Shown here: positions 63,272 through 64,000 of the stretch, piece by piece | How positions within the stretch are numbered: position 1 is the stretch's first letter | Layout of the letters: each line of letters opens with the position of its first letter | Source of the DNA: an uncultured Lentisphaerales bacterium | GTDB taxonomy: Bacteria > Verrucomicrobiota > Lentisphaeria > JABSQK01 > UBA12247 | Assembly (NCBI GenBank): GCA_943788985.1 | Contig: CALSSJ010000012.1 | Coordinates: 32,001 to 96,000, forward strand | Direction of reading: 5' to 3' | Length of the DNA stretch: 64,000 bases | Program-made: the position numbers and the translations under genes | The notes under the pieces: generated by a model | Databases searched by the model: none | The model's input: only the letters and a program-made list of their open reading frames with translations | Told to the model about the DNA's origin: nothing

Positions 63272-64000
63272 GTTCGCAGCTCGTAGCGGCGACCAGGCAA
63301 CTGCAGCGCCACCTTTTTGATCTCGAGCATTAATAGGGTCGAGAGTGCTTCATGGGGGGGCAGGCCAGATTGCACCACCAAGTCATCGGCGCCGATCGGG
63401 CCCTTCTGTAGTAGATTTACCAAAGTCTGCTCCGCTTCGTTTAGCTCCGGCAAAAGCCGTGGCTCATGTTGGTTGGGCGTAATCGTCAACAGCATGCCAA
63501 GGGCATCACTGATGTCTCCAAAGTTTTCCACCAGCGTGGCGCCGTCTCGCAGCAATTTGTGGCAGCCCGAGGATTGGGGCGAGGTGATCGGGCCTGGAAC
63601 GGCAAACACATGACGGCCAAGATCCAGCGCTTGATTAGCCGTGATCAATGAGCCGCTCTTGTGCCCAGCTTCCACCACCACGGTGCCCAGGGAAAGAGCC
63701 GCGATAATTCGATTGCGCATCGGAAAGGTCTGCCGATCGGGTTTGCGCTGAAGTGGAAATTCGCTAATCACCGCACCGCCGCTGGTGCAGATTTTCCGCG
63801 CCAGGTCGACATTTTCAGACGGGTAAAGGCTGGCCAGGCCGCTGCCAATCACGGCGACCGTACGGCCGCCGCCTTTGACCACGGCGCGATGTGCGCCGGT
63901 ATCGACGCCGACGGCCAGCCCGGAGACCACACACCAACCAGCCGCTGCGGCCGCGCTGGCGAGCCTGTCCGTGACTGTTACGCCATAGTGTGTCACATGG
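63268..64000 (-). CDS. dprA: DNA-processing protein DprA (5' part outside the window)
   Basis: VSGLAVGVD, FPMRNRIIAALS, VVEAGHKSGSLITA, VFAVPG; C-terminal winged helix. Confidence 0.93.
   Translation of the reverse strand, partial: HVTHYGVTVTDRLASAAAAAGWCVVSGLAVGVDTGAHRAVVKGGGRTVAVIGSGLASLYPSENVDLARKICTSGGAVISEFPLQRKPDRQTFPMRNRIIAALSLGTVVVEAGHKSGSLITANQALDLGRHVFAVPGPITSPQSSGCHKLLRDGATLVENFGDISDALGMLLTITPNQHEPRLLPELNEAEQTLVNLLQKGPIGADDLVVQSGLPPHEALSTLLMLEIKKVALQLPGRRYELRT

Overview
Bacterial genomic DNA, most likely from the PVC superphylum (Lentisphaerae/Kiritimatiellae/Verrucomicrobia-like). This is inferred from the prepilin/H-X9-DG proteins, the many sulfatases, the GxxExxY gene and the absence of SusC/D. 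Positions ~1-51,600 form a largely minus-strand glycan-degradation island. It encodes two GH29 fucosidases, a GH95/beta-helix/PDZ fusion, GH20, a sialidase-like BNR protein, six sulfatases, three sialate O-acetylesterase-domain proteins, other esterases, a sodium:solute symporter and three pilin-like proteins. It also holds an unusually large set of secreted phosphoesterase domains (six EEP, two PhoD, one Tat-exported PhnP-like MBL). A divergent LacI-family regulator lies at the right end, and a 14-bp LacI-type operator occurs three times upstream of sub-operons. The island carries an intact IS1634 (15-bp IRs, CTAA target duplication), an ISL3 remnant, one intact and two decayed GxxExxY units flanked by inverted repeats, and several REP-like hairpins, one of them apparently inserted in frame in a sulfatase gene. 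Several genes have single-base frameshifts or internal stops, which could be pseudogenisation or assembly error. Positions ~51,600-64,000 look like core genome: gshB-gshA-frmA-crcB, an FHA-GAF-cyclase, an isochorismatase, a FetB-like permease, an M28 peptidase, an exosortase-like gene with an internal TAG, rsmI and partial dprA. I saw no rRNA, tRNA or CRISPR array. All family calls come from recognising motifs by eye; no database searches were run.
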